Source of the DNA: Promethearchaeota archaeon
Lineage (GTDB): Archaea; Asgardarchaeota; Lokiarchaeia; Sigyniarchaeales; SOKP01
Length of the DNA stretch: 10,792 nt
NCBI GenBank assembly: GCA_018238625.1
Contig: JABCSY010000123.1
Location: forward strand, 1-10,792
Reading direction: 5' to 3'
Every line of letters starts with the position of its first letter. The first letter of the stretch is position 1. Positions 1 through 8,101 of this stretch are shown here, piece by piece. Below the pieces are notes generated by a model, which did no database searches, was not told the DNA's origin, and saw only the letters and a program-made list of their open reading frames with translations. The translations under genes and the position numbers were made by a program.

Positions 1-10
1 AACAAATTTA

Positions 11-17
11 AGGTGAT
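11..17 (+). promoter_or_regulatory. Shine-Dalgarno-like motif AGGTGAT
   Basis: AGGTGAT lies 3 nt upstream of the ATG at 21 and matches the archaeal GGTGA-type RBS. Confidence 0.5.
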
Positions 18-20
18 ATT

Positions 21-1208
21 ATGAAAAGAGATCCTGTTGGTTTTCTGAAGGAGGATATGACTTCCTTAAGAAAAGATAACTTAGAATGGATTATTCGATA
101 TTTAGAGGGGGGTTCTAAGCCACATTGCATTGTAAATGGAAAAGAAGTATTGATGCTAAATACAAACAATTATCTGGGATTAGCTACACATCCAAAAGTT
201 GTTCAGGCGTCAATTGACGCTACTAAAAAGTATGGGGCGGGAGCAGGAGCAGTTCCAGTAATTGCAGGTAGTTTTGATTTAACCCGGGAATTTCAAGAAA
301 AATTTGCTAAATATAAAGAAGTGGAAGCGTCGCTTTTATGTCAGACGGGATTTGCAGTTAACTCGGGATTAATTCCTATGTTGGTTGGGAAGCTCGATAT
401 AGTAGTCTCAGACGAATTAAACCATGGTTCTATTATTGATGGTGTTAGATTGTCTGGTGCGAAGCGAGTGATTTATAAGCATAGGGATATTTCGGATTTA
501 GAAAAACAATTAAAAGAAGCTGAAAAAGGAGGAGCTAGAAGAATTTGTATCATAACTGATGGCGTTTTTAGTATGGATGGAGACATGGCTCCTTTAGATA
601 AGATTGTAAATGTAGCGGAAGATTTCGGAGCTATGATATTCGTGGATGATTGCCATGGCGAAGGCGTTCTTGGAGACGGTAAAGGCATAGTCGCACACTT
701 CAATTTGCAAGGAAAGGTTCACGTGGAAGGTGGTTCAATGAGCAAGGGTTTTGGAGTGTTTGGCGGTACCGTCGCGGGTTCTAAAGACTTAATTGAATTC
801 TGTAAAAACAAGAGTAGAACGTATTTGTTAAGCACAGCGCATCCACCTGGAGTAGTAGCAGCTAACATCGCTTCGATAGAAGTTGCTGAAAACGAACCTC
901 AACACGTTAAAGCAGTCTGGGAACATACTAATTATTTCAAGAAAGAAGTTCAAAATATGGGATACGACACTGGAAGATCAGAAACACCAATCATTCCTTT
1001 GATTATCGGCGACCCTGGTAAAGCTCAAGAACTCGCAAGAATCTTGTTCGAAGAAGAAAATATCTATGGCACACCTATAGTCTTTCCAATGGTCGCACGA
1101 GAACTCTCAAGAATTCGAGTCCAGATGAACGCCTTACTTACTAAAGACGACTTGAACACAGCTTTAAGTTCTATCGAAAAAGTTGGTAAGAAGTTAGATA
1201 TAATTTAA
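21..1208 (+). CDS. kbl: PLP-dependent alpha-oxoamine synthase (aminotransferase class II), most likely glycine C-acetyltransferase / 2-amino-3-ketobutyrate CoA ligase
   Basis: 395 aa with family motifs NNYLGLATHP, YGAGAG, SDELNHGSIIDG, ITDGVFSMDGD, VDDCHG, PLP lysine in GSMSKGFG, SETPIIP and PIVFPMV..RIRVQ. The family is secure; kbl versus BioF/SPT specificity is inferred. Confidence 0.85.
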   Translation: MKRDPVGFLKEDMTSLRKDNLEWIIRYLEGGSKPHCIVNGKEVLMLNTNNYLGLATHPKVVQASIDATKKYGAGAGAVPVIAGSFDLTREFQEKFAKYKEVEASLLCQTGFAVNSGLIPMLVGKLDIVVSDELNHGSIIDGVRLSGAKRVIYKHRDISDLEKQLKEAEKGGARRICIITDGVFSMDGDMAPLDKIVNVAEDFGAMIFVDDCHGEGVLGDGKGIVAHFNLQGKVHVEGGSMSKGFGVFGGTVAGSKDLIEFCKNKSRTYLLSTAHPPGVVAANIASIEVAENEPQHVKAVWEHTNYFKKEVQNMGYDTGRSETPIIPLIIGDPGKAQELARILFEEENIYGTPIVFPMVARELSRIRVQMNALLTKDDLNTALSSIEKVGKKLDII

Positions 1209-1212
1209 ATAC

Positions 1213-1249
1213 TTTTTTTTGTCTTTATATTTTTTTTTGTTATGTTTTT
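1213..1249 (+). terminator. Oligo-T archaeal-type terminator region after kbl
   Basis: Several long T runs (tttttttt, ttttttttt, ttttt) start just after the TAA at 1208. Confidence 0.5.
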
Positions 1250-1510
1250 GCTTCCTGTAAATTAATTCAACTGATTTCTACTTAATTTTAACTTTCTAAT
1301 TAAAACTACTGTAAAGATTCCAATTACACTTAAAATTAAAAACAAATAAAATCATCCAATCAGATTATAATCAGATTGGTAAAAGAACCTTTTCTAGGAT
1401 TTGACAAAAAAGTAAGCTTTTTATAATATTTTCGCTTATCGAAATTTGATTTCTTTTTTTCATAATAAGAAATTCCAATGAAATAAATAACTAAATAAGA
1501 GGTTAAAAAA

Positions 1511-1909
1511 ATGACCGAAATTAAAAAACTTACAAAAATTGCACTTGTGGCTAATGCTATTGTTACATTTATATTTTCGATTCTTCTTATGTTTCTCGTT
1601 GAACTTTTCATAACTCCATTGACCGGTTGGACAAATCCCCTTTCTCCAAGAAATTTTGGGGGAATATGCTTATTAAGCGCTATTTTCTCAGTTATCCTTC
1701 TTCGCAAAAAGGAATGGGAAGAGATTAAATTGACATTTACGTTTATCTTTAGTTTTTTTACAATGACTATACCTATTGAACTTATAGTGACGATTGTATA
1801 TGCCCCAACACTTAGTGCTGCAGCAATTTCTCAGAGTATCCTTAATCAAATCTTAATGATCTCAATTTTTGTTCTTGGTGTTTTCTCTTATTACAAACAG
1901 GAACGATAA
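1511..1909 (+). CDS. Hypothetical integral membrane protein (~4 TM)
   Basis: 132 aa with four hydrophobic segments, loop motif GWTNPLSPRNFGG and charged linker RKKEWEEIK; GAGGT at 1499-1503 upstream of the ATG; T tract downstream. Confidence 0.8.
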   Translation: MTEIKKLTKIALVANAIVTFIFSILLMFLVELFITPLTGWTNPLSPRNFGGICLLSAIFSVILLRKKEWEEIKLTFTFIFSFFTMTIPIELIVTIVYAPTLSAAAISQSILNQILMISIFVLGVFSYYKQER

Positions 1910-2067
1910 ACGTAATAATTAAAAATATTATTAATTAATTTTTTAATCTTTTTTTTTAATCAAAGCATGTTAATACTCTAATTCACTAACTTTAATATAA
2001 AATTACAGAAAAAAAAATGAAATATTTTTAAGATAAGAGTATAAAAAAAAATTGAAAGTAGCAAATT

Positions 2068-2107
2068 AGTATATTAATAAGTTCTTAAAGTCTTTTTTTA
2101 ATATACT
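2068..2107. terminator. 10-bp perfect inverted repeat between convergent genes, possible terminator hairpin
   Basis: AGTATATTAA (2068-2077) pairs with TTAATATACT (2098-2107), inside an A/T-tract-rich gap between the stops at 1909 (+) and 2161 (-). Confidence 0.3.
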
Positions 2108-2160
2108 TATTACTACCTTTATGTAATTAATTTTGTTGTTTGATTTAATTTATAAAATAT

Positions 2161-2706
2161 TTACGCAACAATAGTTAAAGAATACTCATAGCTAGCCACT
2201 GTACCAGGATCACCCCAAACAAGCCCACCATAATCCACAAAAATTCTCCAATAATTCAGGCCATCTCCTTGGTAAGGTCGTTTTACCCAGAATTCAAATC
2301 TTAAGAGGTATTCTTCACCCGCTTCAAAATATCCCGATCCAAAGACGTGATAAAACATGGATTGTTTTAATAAAAATGGTTTATCCTCTTTAGAAATTGG
2401 AATATCATATCTTTGTAAATTGATTTCCTCATCGTTAATAAAGAGTTTAAATTTCCATGGATTTTTAGGAGCCAAATCGTTTTCTATTTCTTCATAAGAT
2501 GATGCCCAGCCTATTTTAAAATAGAGATCTTCTGAAGTACTATACACCCACCCGGGATCATTATACCACCAAGCTACTAGAAGATTATTGTACCAAGGGC
2601 GCTCTTTCATGTGACCAGGAACGCCTGCGCTAACTGCGGGAATTAAACTGAACGCCAAGATACATATTGTTGCAAACAAAATAGTCTTCTTTCTTGTTTT
2701 ATTCAT
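2161..2706 (-). CDS. Hypothetical secreted protein
   Basis: 181 aa with a Sec-type signal peptide (basic MNKTRKK, hydrophobic TILFATICILAFSLIP, AVSA cleavage site). The mature part is Trp/Tyr/Phe-rich and beta-like, with no C-terminal anchor. Confidence 0.8.
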   Translation of the reverse strand: MNKTRKKTILFATICILAFSLIPAVSAGVPGHMKERPWYNNLLVAWWYNDPGWVYSTSEDLYFKIGWASSYEEIENDLAPKNPWKFKLFINDEEINLQRYDIPISKEDKPFLLKQSMFYHVFGSGYFEAGEEYLLRFEFWVKRPYQGDGLNYWRIFVDYGGLVWGDPGTVASYEYSLTIVA

Positions 2707-2743
2707 AAAATTTCTACCCTTTTCTTATATTTATTTAATTAGA

Positions 2744-2825
2744 TTGATCTAAAAAGATCAAGTTATATTTTGTTTATGGTAGTATTTAATATTTACTACA
2801 TTTTTGTCAAAAATTTACCGGTAAA
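2744..2825. promoter_or_regulatory. Cluster of three inverted repeats, candidate operators
   Basis: TTGATCT-N4-AGATCAA (2744-2761), GTAGTA-N9-TACTAC (2779-2799) and the perfect palindrome TTTACCGGTAAA (2814-2825), all in the divergent intergenic region. Confidence 0.35.
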
Positions 2826-3007
2826 ATTCTGCTTTTACCACCTTTTTCTCATTTTTACTTGTAAATTTCAATGTCAAACTACTTGATGATCTTTGTTATA
2901 TAGAAAAATTAACAAGATTAGCGACAATGTCCTTCCTCTTACTTTCTAAGGCTTAAAAAATAATATAAAGGAATAAACTTAAATAAGGGATTATACTTAA
3001 ATACCTT

Positions 3008-3301
3008 ATGACCAATATTACTTTTAGTGTTGATGATGACATTCATAAAAAAATGAAAGAGCATCCTGAAATTAAATGGACTGAAATCTTGCGTCAATCC
3101 ATTGTAAATTACCTCAAAAATGTGGAAGAAATTGATGTTATATCAATTAAAGATTTCAGAGAACGTTTAGATCCAGAATTGCTACAGAAAATTGAGGCAT
3201 TAGAAGAACAAGAAGAAATTTTGTTTTATAAAGAAGCAAAAAAAATGGAACAAGAGAGATTGAATCGTTTACAAGATTTAGAGAGGAGTTCAGATAATTA
3301 A
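3008..3301 (+). CDS. vapB: Ribbon-helix-helix antitoxin (VapB-like)
   Basis: N-terminal RHH pattern MTNITFSVDDDIHKKMKEHPEIKWTEILRQSI and an acidic C-terminus; the stop overlaps the PIN gene start by 1 nt (TAATG). Confidence 0.8.
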   Translation: MTNITFSVDDDIHKKMKEHPEIKWTEILRQSIVNYLKNVEEIDVISIKDFRERLDPELLQKIEALEEQEEILFYKEAKKMEQERLNRLQDLERSSDN

Positions 3302-3660
3302 TGTGGTTATTGGATACTAATGTATTAATACAATGTAATAAATCGAAAATAAGACCATTTAAAAAAGGTAATATATTTACTACTATTCTGTCACTTATTG
3401 AGTTTCCTATAGCTTTAAAATATAAGGAAATTTCAGTAATATACCCTTCGTCCACACATTATGAGCAAGGATTTAAAAATGCATTATTGTTGAGAGAAAA
3501 AGGCACTCCTATACCCACGGTTGACATTTTGATTGGTACTATTACTGTTGATAAAAACCTAATATTAGTTTCGGATGATTCTCATTTTAAACATCTTCAA
3601 GAAGTAGAACCTCGCTTAAAAATTATTAATTCAGAGTTATTTTTTAAAAAGATTCAATAG
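3301..3660 (+). CDS. vapC: PIN-domain ribonuclease toxin (VapC-like)
   Basis: 119 aa with the PIN acidic residues in LLDTNVLI, SLIEF, IPTVDILIG and LVSDDSHF; translationally coupled to the upstream RHH gene. Confidence 0.9.
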   Translation: MWLLDTNVLIQCNKSKIRPFKKGNIFTTILSLIEFPIALKYKEISVIYPSSTHYEQGFKNALLLREKGTPIPTVDILIGTITVDKNLILVSDDSHFKHLQEVEPRLKIINSELFFKKIQ

Positions 3661-3833
3661 GCAATTGACTTTAAAAAATTGGATTAGATGATGCAAATTA
3701 TTATTAGTTTCCATTGTGTTTAATTGATAAAATTAGGAAATAAACAAAAGCATATAAAAATATAGATAGCATTGAATTTAGTCCAAAAGGGGAATCGTAA
3801 TTATTATAGATAATAGCCGCTTGATGATCTCGG

Positions 3834-4595
3834 TCATTCAGGAAAATCGTTCATGAGAAGGTACGCATACAAAGGAGTTAAAGTATCCATTAAATTATAA
3901 ACTCCAATAGGGTCAATTTTTTTCCCAATACCATTCTTGCCCTTTCCCCTAAAAGACTTGTAATACTCTTCATATTTTCCTTTTTCTGAGTGAATTCGCT
4001 GAAAGTTCACTTTGCGGGATAAATAGCTCTCTAATTTTGCAAGGCTTCTAAAAGGGCCCATCATGTCAACAATTTCTTCCGGAAAATTGTAATCCAGCTT
4101 GAAATTGTTAATTATTGTTTTTAAAATCTTAATATCAAAATGCTTATTAAAGACTATAATCGTATCTGCGTCGTTAATGTATTTTTGAGCTAACCTTATT
4201 AGATGAAAAGCCGTTTCTTTTCTTCTTAACATGTTAAAAGACTGATAAACAAGAAGCTCAGCATCGACAGGAGCACGCCCACGTAAATCAAGAATAGATA
4301 CGCCTAAAATGTTAACAAATCCCTCAAAAGCTTTTGGAATCCATGTAGTTGTTTCAATGTCAAGCGACACTACCTTTTTATTAAAGTAAGGTTTATCCTC
4401 CAAGGAGTTACAATTGATTAAGTAATCAAGAATGTCTTTGCTCGTGCTATAAATATCGTCCAAGAGAGTCTCATCCCAGACGTTCTCTTCCGTGTAATCA
4501 AGAAATGTAGATGTTCCTGATTTATCCAGACTTAGACCATCCTCTTTTTCTTTCACACGAATTAATCTTTCTATAAAATTATCTGGAAAATCCAT
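3834..4595 (-). CDS. RNase H-like DEDD 3'-5' exonuclease (RNase_H_2 / YprB-like)
   Basis: ExoI SLDIETT, ExoII VFNKHFD, IVDMM...SLAKLE and ExoIII YNLMD (DEDDy type), with a ~70-aa N-terminal extension. Confidence 0.8.
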   Translation of the reverse strand: MDFPDNFIERLIRVKEKEDGLSLDKSGTSTFLDYTEENVWDETLLDDIYSTSKDILDYLINCNSLEDKPYFNKKVVSLDIETTTWIPKAFEGFVNILGVSILDLRGRAPVDAELLVYQSFNMLRRKETAFHLIRLAQKYINDADTIIVFNKHFDIKILKTIINNFKLDYNFPEEIVDMMGPFRSLAKLESYLSRKVNFQRIHSEKGKYEEYYKSFRGKGKNGIGKKIDPIGVYNLMDTLTPLYAYLLMNDFPE

Positions 4596-4796
4596 TTTTC
4601 ATTCTTCTTTAGAAAATTACGATAGGACGATATTAAAATATATATATTGAAGTTTTATTAATTTTAATCTTAAAGCCTTCATTTTTTACCTAATAATACG
4701 CGAAAGAAAGAAATCTGAAAAATTCACTTAGAATTTAAATACGATTTGTTTTATAATGAATTTAATTTAAATTAAATTAAAAGAAAAGAATAGGAA

Positions 4797-5234
4797 TTGA
4801 AGAAAATGGAACACAAAAAATGGGTAATTCTCTGCTTTATTGGCGGAGTTTTAATGGTTCTAAGTTCTGTGGTGGGTAGCGTGGGTTTTATAGGTACGGT
4901 CTTGAGCTTGGCGGCAGGAGTTCTCGGGCCTGATATGACGCAATTTTTCTCGATTTTGTTGACAATATTAGGATATATTGCGGCAGGCGGAGGATTTTCA
5001 GTTATTGTTGGAGCTTTGATTGCTGCTTTTGGTCCAGATAGAATTGGGAGAATTGTTATCGGTATAGGAATAGGAACGGGTTTAATTGGTCTGATTATAA
5101 TCCTAATAACAAATCTTATAGCCGGAGTGTCGATAAGTGATTTACCAAACATATTTTTGAGCGCCTTCAATGGGACTTATGGCCTTGCAGGCGTTCTCAT
5201 TTCAATCTTTTCAAGAATGCGATTAAAAGATTAA
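4797..5234 (+). CDS. Hypothetical Gly-rich membrane protein
   Basis: 145 aa, ~4 hydrophobic Gly-rich helices with GxxxG-like spacing. The start is either TTG 4797 or the in-frame ATG at 4806. Confidence 0.8.
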   Translation: MKKMEHKKWVILCFIGGVLMVLSSVVGSVGFIGTVLSLAAGVLGPDMTQFFSILLTILGYIAAGGGFSVIVGALIAAFGPDRIGRIVIGIGIGTGLIGLIIILITNLIAGVSISDLPNIFLSAFNGTYGLAGVLISIFSRMRLKD

Positions 5235-5396
5235 AGAAACGAACGTTATTATCTGTTAATTTCAACTTGAAATCTAAATTTTGCTAAGGGGTATATTTTT
5301 ATTTCTTTTTTCAATAACTTAACAAGATTAGAATAATAGTTAATTTTTAACATAAGCGTTTAAATGATAAATGAAAGAATATAGGTAAAAATTTTA

Positions 5397-5963
5397 ATGG
5401 ATTTTAGTAAAGCTAAAGGAATTTTAGGAAATGATTTTAATAGGGATGCGGATTTTTTGAGTTCCGTTGTATCTAAACTGAAATTAGCAAAGAACTCAAA
5501 AGTCCTAGATGTCGGTACGGGTAGAGGCCAAATGGCAATATTACTTGCCCTTCACGGTTATCAAGTTCTTACAGGCGAGCCTGAGGGTGCTAATTGGGGC
5601 GATTGGAAAACACCTGCTAAGAATGTAAACGTGGAGGATATGATTGCATTTAAACCTTTTAACGCAGAGAAAATGCCTTTTAATAACGCTTCATTTGACG
5701 CTATTTTCCTCTACGCTTCGTTTCATCACATAAATAGTAAAAAGCTCGCACTAAGCGAGTTTCTGCGCGTCATGAAGCCTAAAGGCACATTGATAATTAT
5801 CGAATTGACAGATGAAGGGGTTGAAGTAGTGAGAAAGCGATGGAAAGGTCACCCAGATGCCGTTGATCCAAGGGTTTACACAAAAGATTTAGGCTTTGAA
5901 GTAAAAGTTATAGAAAGTAAGTATTTGAACGCTTACATTTATAGCAGAATTATAAATGAGTAA
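5397..5963 (+). CDS. Class I SAM-dependent methyltransferase
   Basis: Motif I VLDVGTGRG, post-II MPFNNASFDAIF, and ALSEFLRVMKPKGTLIIIE. Substrate unknown. Confidence 0.92.
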   Translation: MDFSKAKGILGNDFNRDADFLSSVVSKLKLAKNSKVLDVGTGRGQMAILLALHGYQVLTGEPEGANWGDWKTPAKNVNVEDMIAFKPFNAEKMPFNNASFDAIFLYASFHHINSKKLALSEFLRVMKPKGTLIIIELTDEGVEVVRKRWKGHPDAVDPRVYTKDLGFEVKVIESKYLNAYIYSRIINE

Positions 5964-6023
5964 TCCGAGATGGATAGGAAAACATAATATTTATTAATTA
6001 AAATATTTTATTTAAATTTTTTT

Positions 6024-6029
6024 GGAGGT
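6024..6029 (+). promoter_or_regulatory. Shine-Dalgarno motif GGAGGT
   Basis: Canonical SD 7 nt before the in-frame GTG at 6037. Confidence 0.6.
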
Positions 6030-6036
6030 TCTATTC

Positions 6037-6687
6037 GTGAAAAAGGAATATCGAAGGCGGAATATCTGCAATGTAGAAGCTATAAATTGCCAGAAATGCT
6101 CTGTGAATGGAAAATTAATGTGTGAGTTTGATATAAAAGACACAATTTATTTTGTAATCCCTGTTTTGAGCGCATGGATCGTTTGGGTAGCAGGAGTTTT
6201 ACATGAGTTTATTTCTGGAGGGTTAAATACTCTTCAAATGATCTTCTTATTCTCGAGTTATATCGGCTATTTAGCGTTTTTCTTCCAAGTTTGGGAAAAT
6301 AAAATTCTCTGTAGTCATTGTCCTTATTACGCGTTTGAAGACGAGAGAAAAGTTAAATGCTATGCAAATTATGGCATTTATAAAGCTTGGAAGTACGATC
6401 CAGCCCCTATGAGTCGCTCAGAAAAAATTCAATTCATAATTGGCATCTCAATTTTTGCAGGATATCCTTTAATTTTTTTACTCTTAGCAAACTTGTACAT
6501 CTATTTTATAGTCTCTTTAATTTTTTCAATAATTTGGATCGTTTCAATGCATTTTCTCAGTTGTTCTAAATGTCCTAACTTTAGCTGCCCATTGAATGTC
6601 GTTCCAAAAAGCGTAGTTGATGATTACTTAAGACATAATACCGTAATGCGAAAAGCGTGGGAAGAACAAGGACATATTATCGATTAA
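6037..6687 (+). CDS. Cys-rich integral membrane protein, putative metal or Fe-S binding
   Basis: About 4 TM helices and 10 Cys in three clusters. The start is revised from TTG 6022 to the in-frame GTG at 6037 because GGAGGT (6024-6029) lies 7 nt upstream of it. Confidence 0.8.
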   Translation: MKKEYRRRNICNVEAINCQKCSVNGKLMCEFDIKDTIYFVIPVLSAWIVWVAGVLHEFISGGLNTLQMIFLFSSYIGYLAFFFQVWENKILCSHCPYYAFEDERKVKCYANYGIYKAWKYDPAPMSRSEKIQFIIGISIFAGYPLIFLLLANLYIYFIVSLIFSIIWIVSMHFLSCSKCPNFSCPLNVVPKSVVDDYLRHNTVMRKAWEEQGHIID

Positions 6688-7971
6688 TCAATATGCTTCT
6701 TTTTTTATGTTTCGAGAGAGGTAGATTAAAGGTATAAAGACCGAGAATATAAAAATTATAAGGAATATGAATATCGCATATATATTAATTTCTGCAATAA
6801 AACCCGCGAAAATGGGCGTTAAACCGAACCCTACGCCTTTTAAGACTTCATTTATAGTAGAATATTTATTAGTATCTCTTTCAGCACCGTAATCAATCAT
6901 AATTTTTAAAGAAGCACCTTGGATTAATCCAATGAAAATACCGATAATTGCACTAATTATTGAAATATATAACAAATTTTGGGTGATTATGATTGCAAAG
7001 GAGCAAAAAACGATCATTATAAGGCTTGTCAATACAGATACTTTTCTGGTATTAATTTTCATAGAATTACTCCAAGTTAAGCCGGTTAATTGACCAATTT
7101 GGATCGAAAGTTGAACGAGATATGCAAAATAAGAAGGGCTTTCGAATGATTTAAGAAATACAGGATAACTAAAGCGAATTATGGATTTTGATATAGCATA
7201 TACAAATAAAGTTAACCAAGAAAATAATATAGGATATACAATCATATGATTATTTGATTTTTGTTTAGGCACCTTTCTTAGATTCACATTAGAGTTAAGT
7301 TCAATATTATATTTCTCTATATTTACAATTTTTTCGCCTAACTGATTCAACTCTGAATCTTTTTTAAGAAATAAACTAAAGGGTAGTAAAAGAAAGGAAA
7401 GAAAAAACGCTATCGTCATGGTAATGTACTCATTCAACGTTAAAGCCCATAAATAACCAAAGAGAAGTCCTAATATAAAACCAAGATTCCACGAGAAATT
7501 GAATTGTTTGAAATTTCTATTAGATTTTTCATCGTTACTTACGCTTTGCCATCTGCTTAGGAGATTGTAGCAATTAGGCCAGTATATACCTAACGATATC
7601 CCGCTTAAAATTCGGATAGAAATTAAATATAGTGGGGCAAAGTATAACATCTGAGCTCCCATTAAGAGGGGGGTTGTAATAGAAGAAAGAACGATGGAAT
7701 TTCGAATTCCTATTTTTGAAGTAACTATTTGACCAATTATGGGACCAACAATATAAGCTGCTGCTGTTGCTGAGCTAATAAATCCTAATGTGCTCTCGTT
7801 GATATCTACAGTGAAATATAAATAGTTTAGAAAGGCTCTTTCGAAAATTGAAATGAAAAATAAACGTATAAACGAAAGCAAAAATATTGGCCAAGTACGA
7901 TAAGTTATTGGACTATCGCATTTTTCTACTTTCTTGGATTGAAAGAGAGGCGAGCCTTCTGGGTTTACCAT
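6688..7971 (-). CDS. Major facilitator superfamily transporter
   Basis: 427 aa, two hydrophobic halves of ~6 TM separated by a polar loop; degenerate motif A (GQIVTSKIGIRN), RILSG in TM4, WNLGFILG and GFGLTPIFAG. Confidence 0.88.
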   Translation of the reverse strand: MVNPEGSPLFQSKKVEKCDSPITYRTWPIFLLSFIRLFFISIFERAFLNYLYFTVDINESTLGFISSATAAAYIVGPIIGQIVTSKIGIRNSIVLSSITTPLLMGAQMLYFAPLYLISIRILSGISLGIYWPNCYNLLSRWQSVSNDEKSNRNFKQFNFSWNLGFILGLLFGYLWALTLNEYITMTIAFFLSFLLLPFSLFLKKDSELNQLGEKIVNIEKYNIELNSNVNLRKVPKQKSNNHMIVYPILFSWLTLFVYAISKSIIRFSYPVFLKSFESPSYFAYLVQLSIQIGQLTGLTWSNSMKINTRKVSVLTSLIMIVFCSFAIIITQNLLYISIISAIIGIFIGLIQGASLKIMIDYGAERDTNKYSTINEVLKGVGFGLTPIFAGFIAEINIYAIFIFLIIFIFSVFIPLIYLSRNIKKEAY

Positions 7972-8101
7972 AATCTTAACCTAATTATTTTGTTAAAGAA
8001 TAGAAATCTGGATACATCAAATACTTTTTCGTTATGAAAAAATTTATTAACAAATTGTTTCATAATTTATGTACATTTAATTCAAAAAATTTTGGTTAAA
8101 A

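Noticed and set aside
473-703. 76-aa minus-strand ORF
   Set aside because: Antisense shadow within the well-supported kbl-like gene.
1360-1707. 115-aa minus-strand ORF
   Set aside because: Overlaps the 1511-1909 gene, which has an RBS and coherent TM pattern; the remainder is AT-rich intergenic sequence.
3156-3455. 99-aa minus-strand ORF
   Set aside because: Antisense to the vapBC pair, with no recognisable motifs.
4772-5170. 132-aa minus-strand ORF
   Set aside because: Pro/Ile/Thr-rich mirror of the Gly-rich membrane gene on the + strand.
6022-6036. TTG start at 6022 given by the ORF track
   Set aside because: This stretch contains the GGAGGT Shine-Dalgarno motif positioned for the GTG at 6037.
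6387-6569. 60-aa + strand ORF
   Set aside because: Out-of-frame ORF nested in the Cys-rich membrane protein gene.
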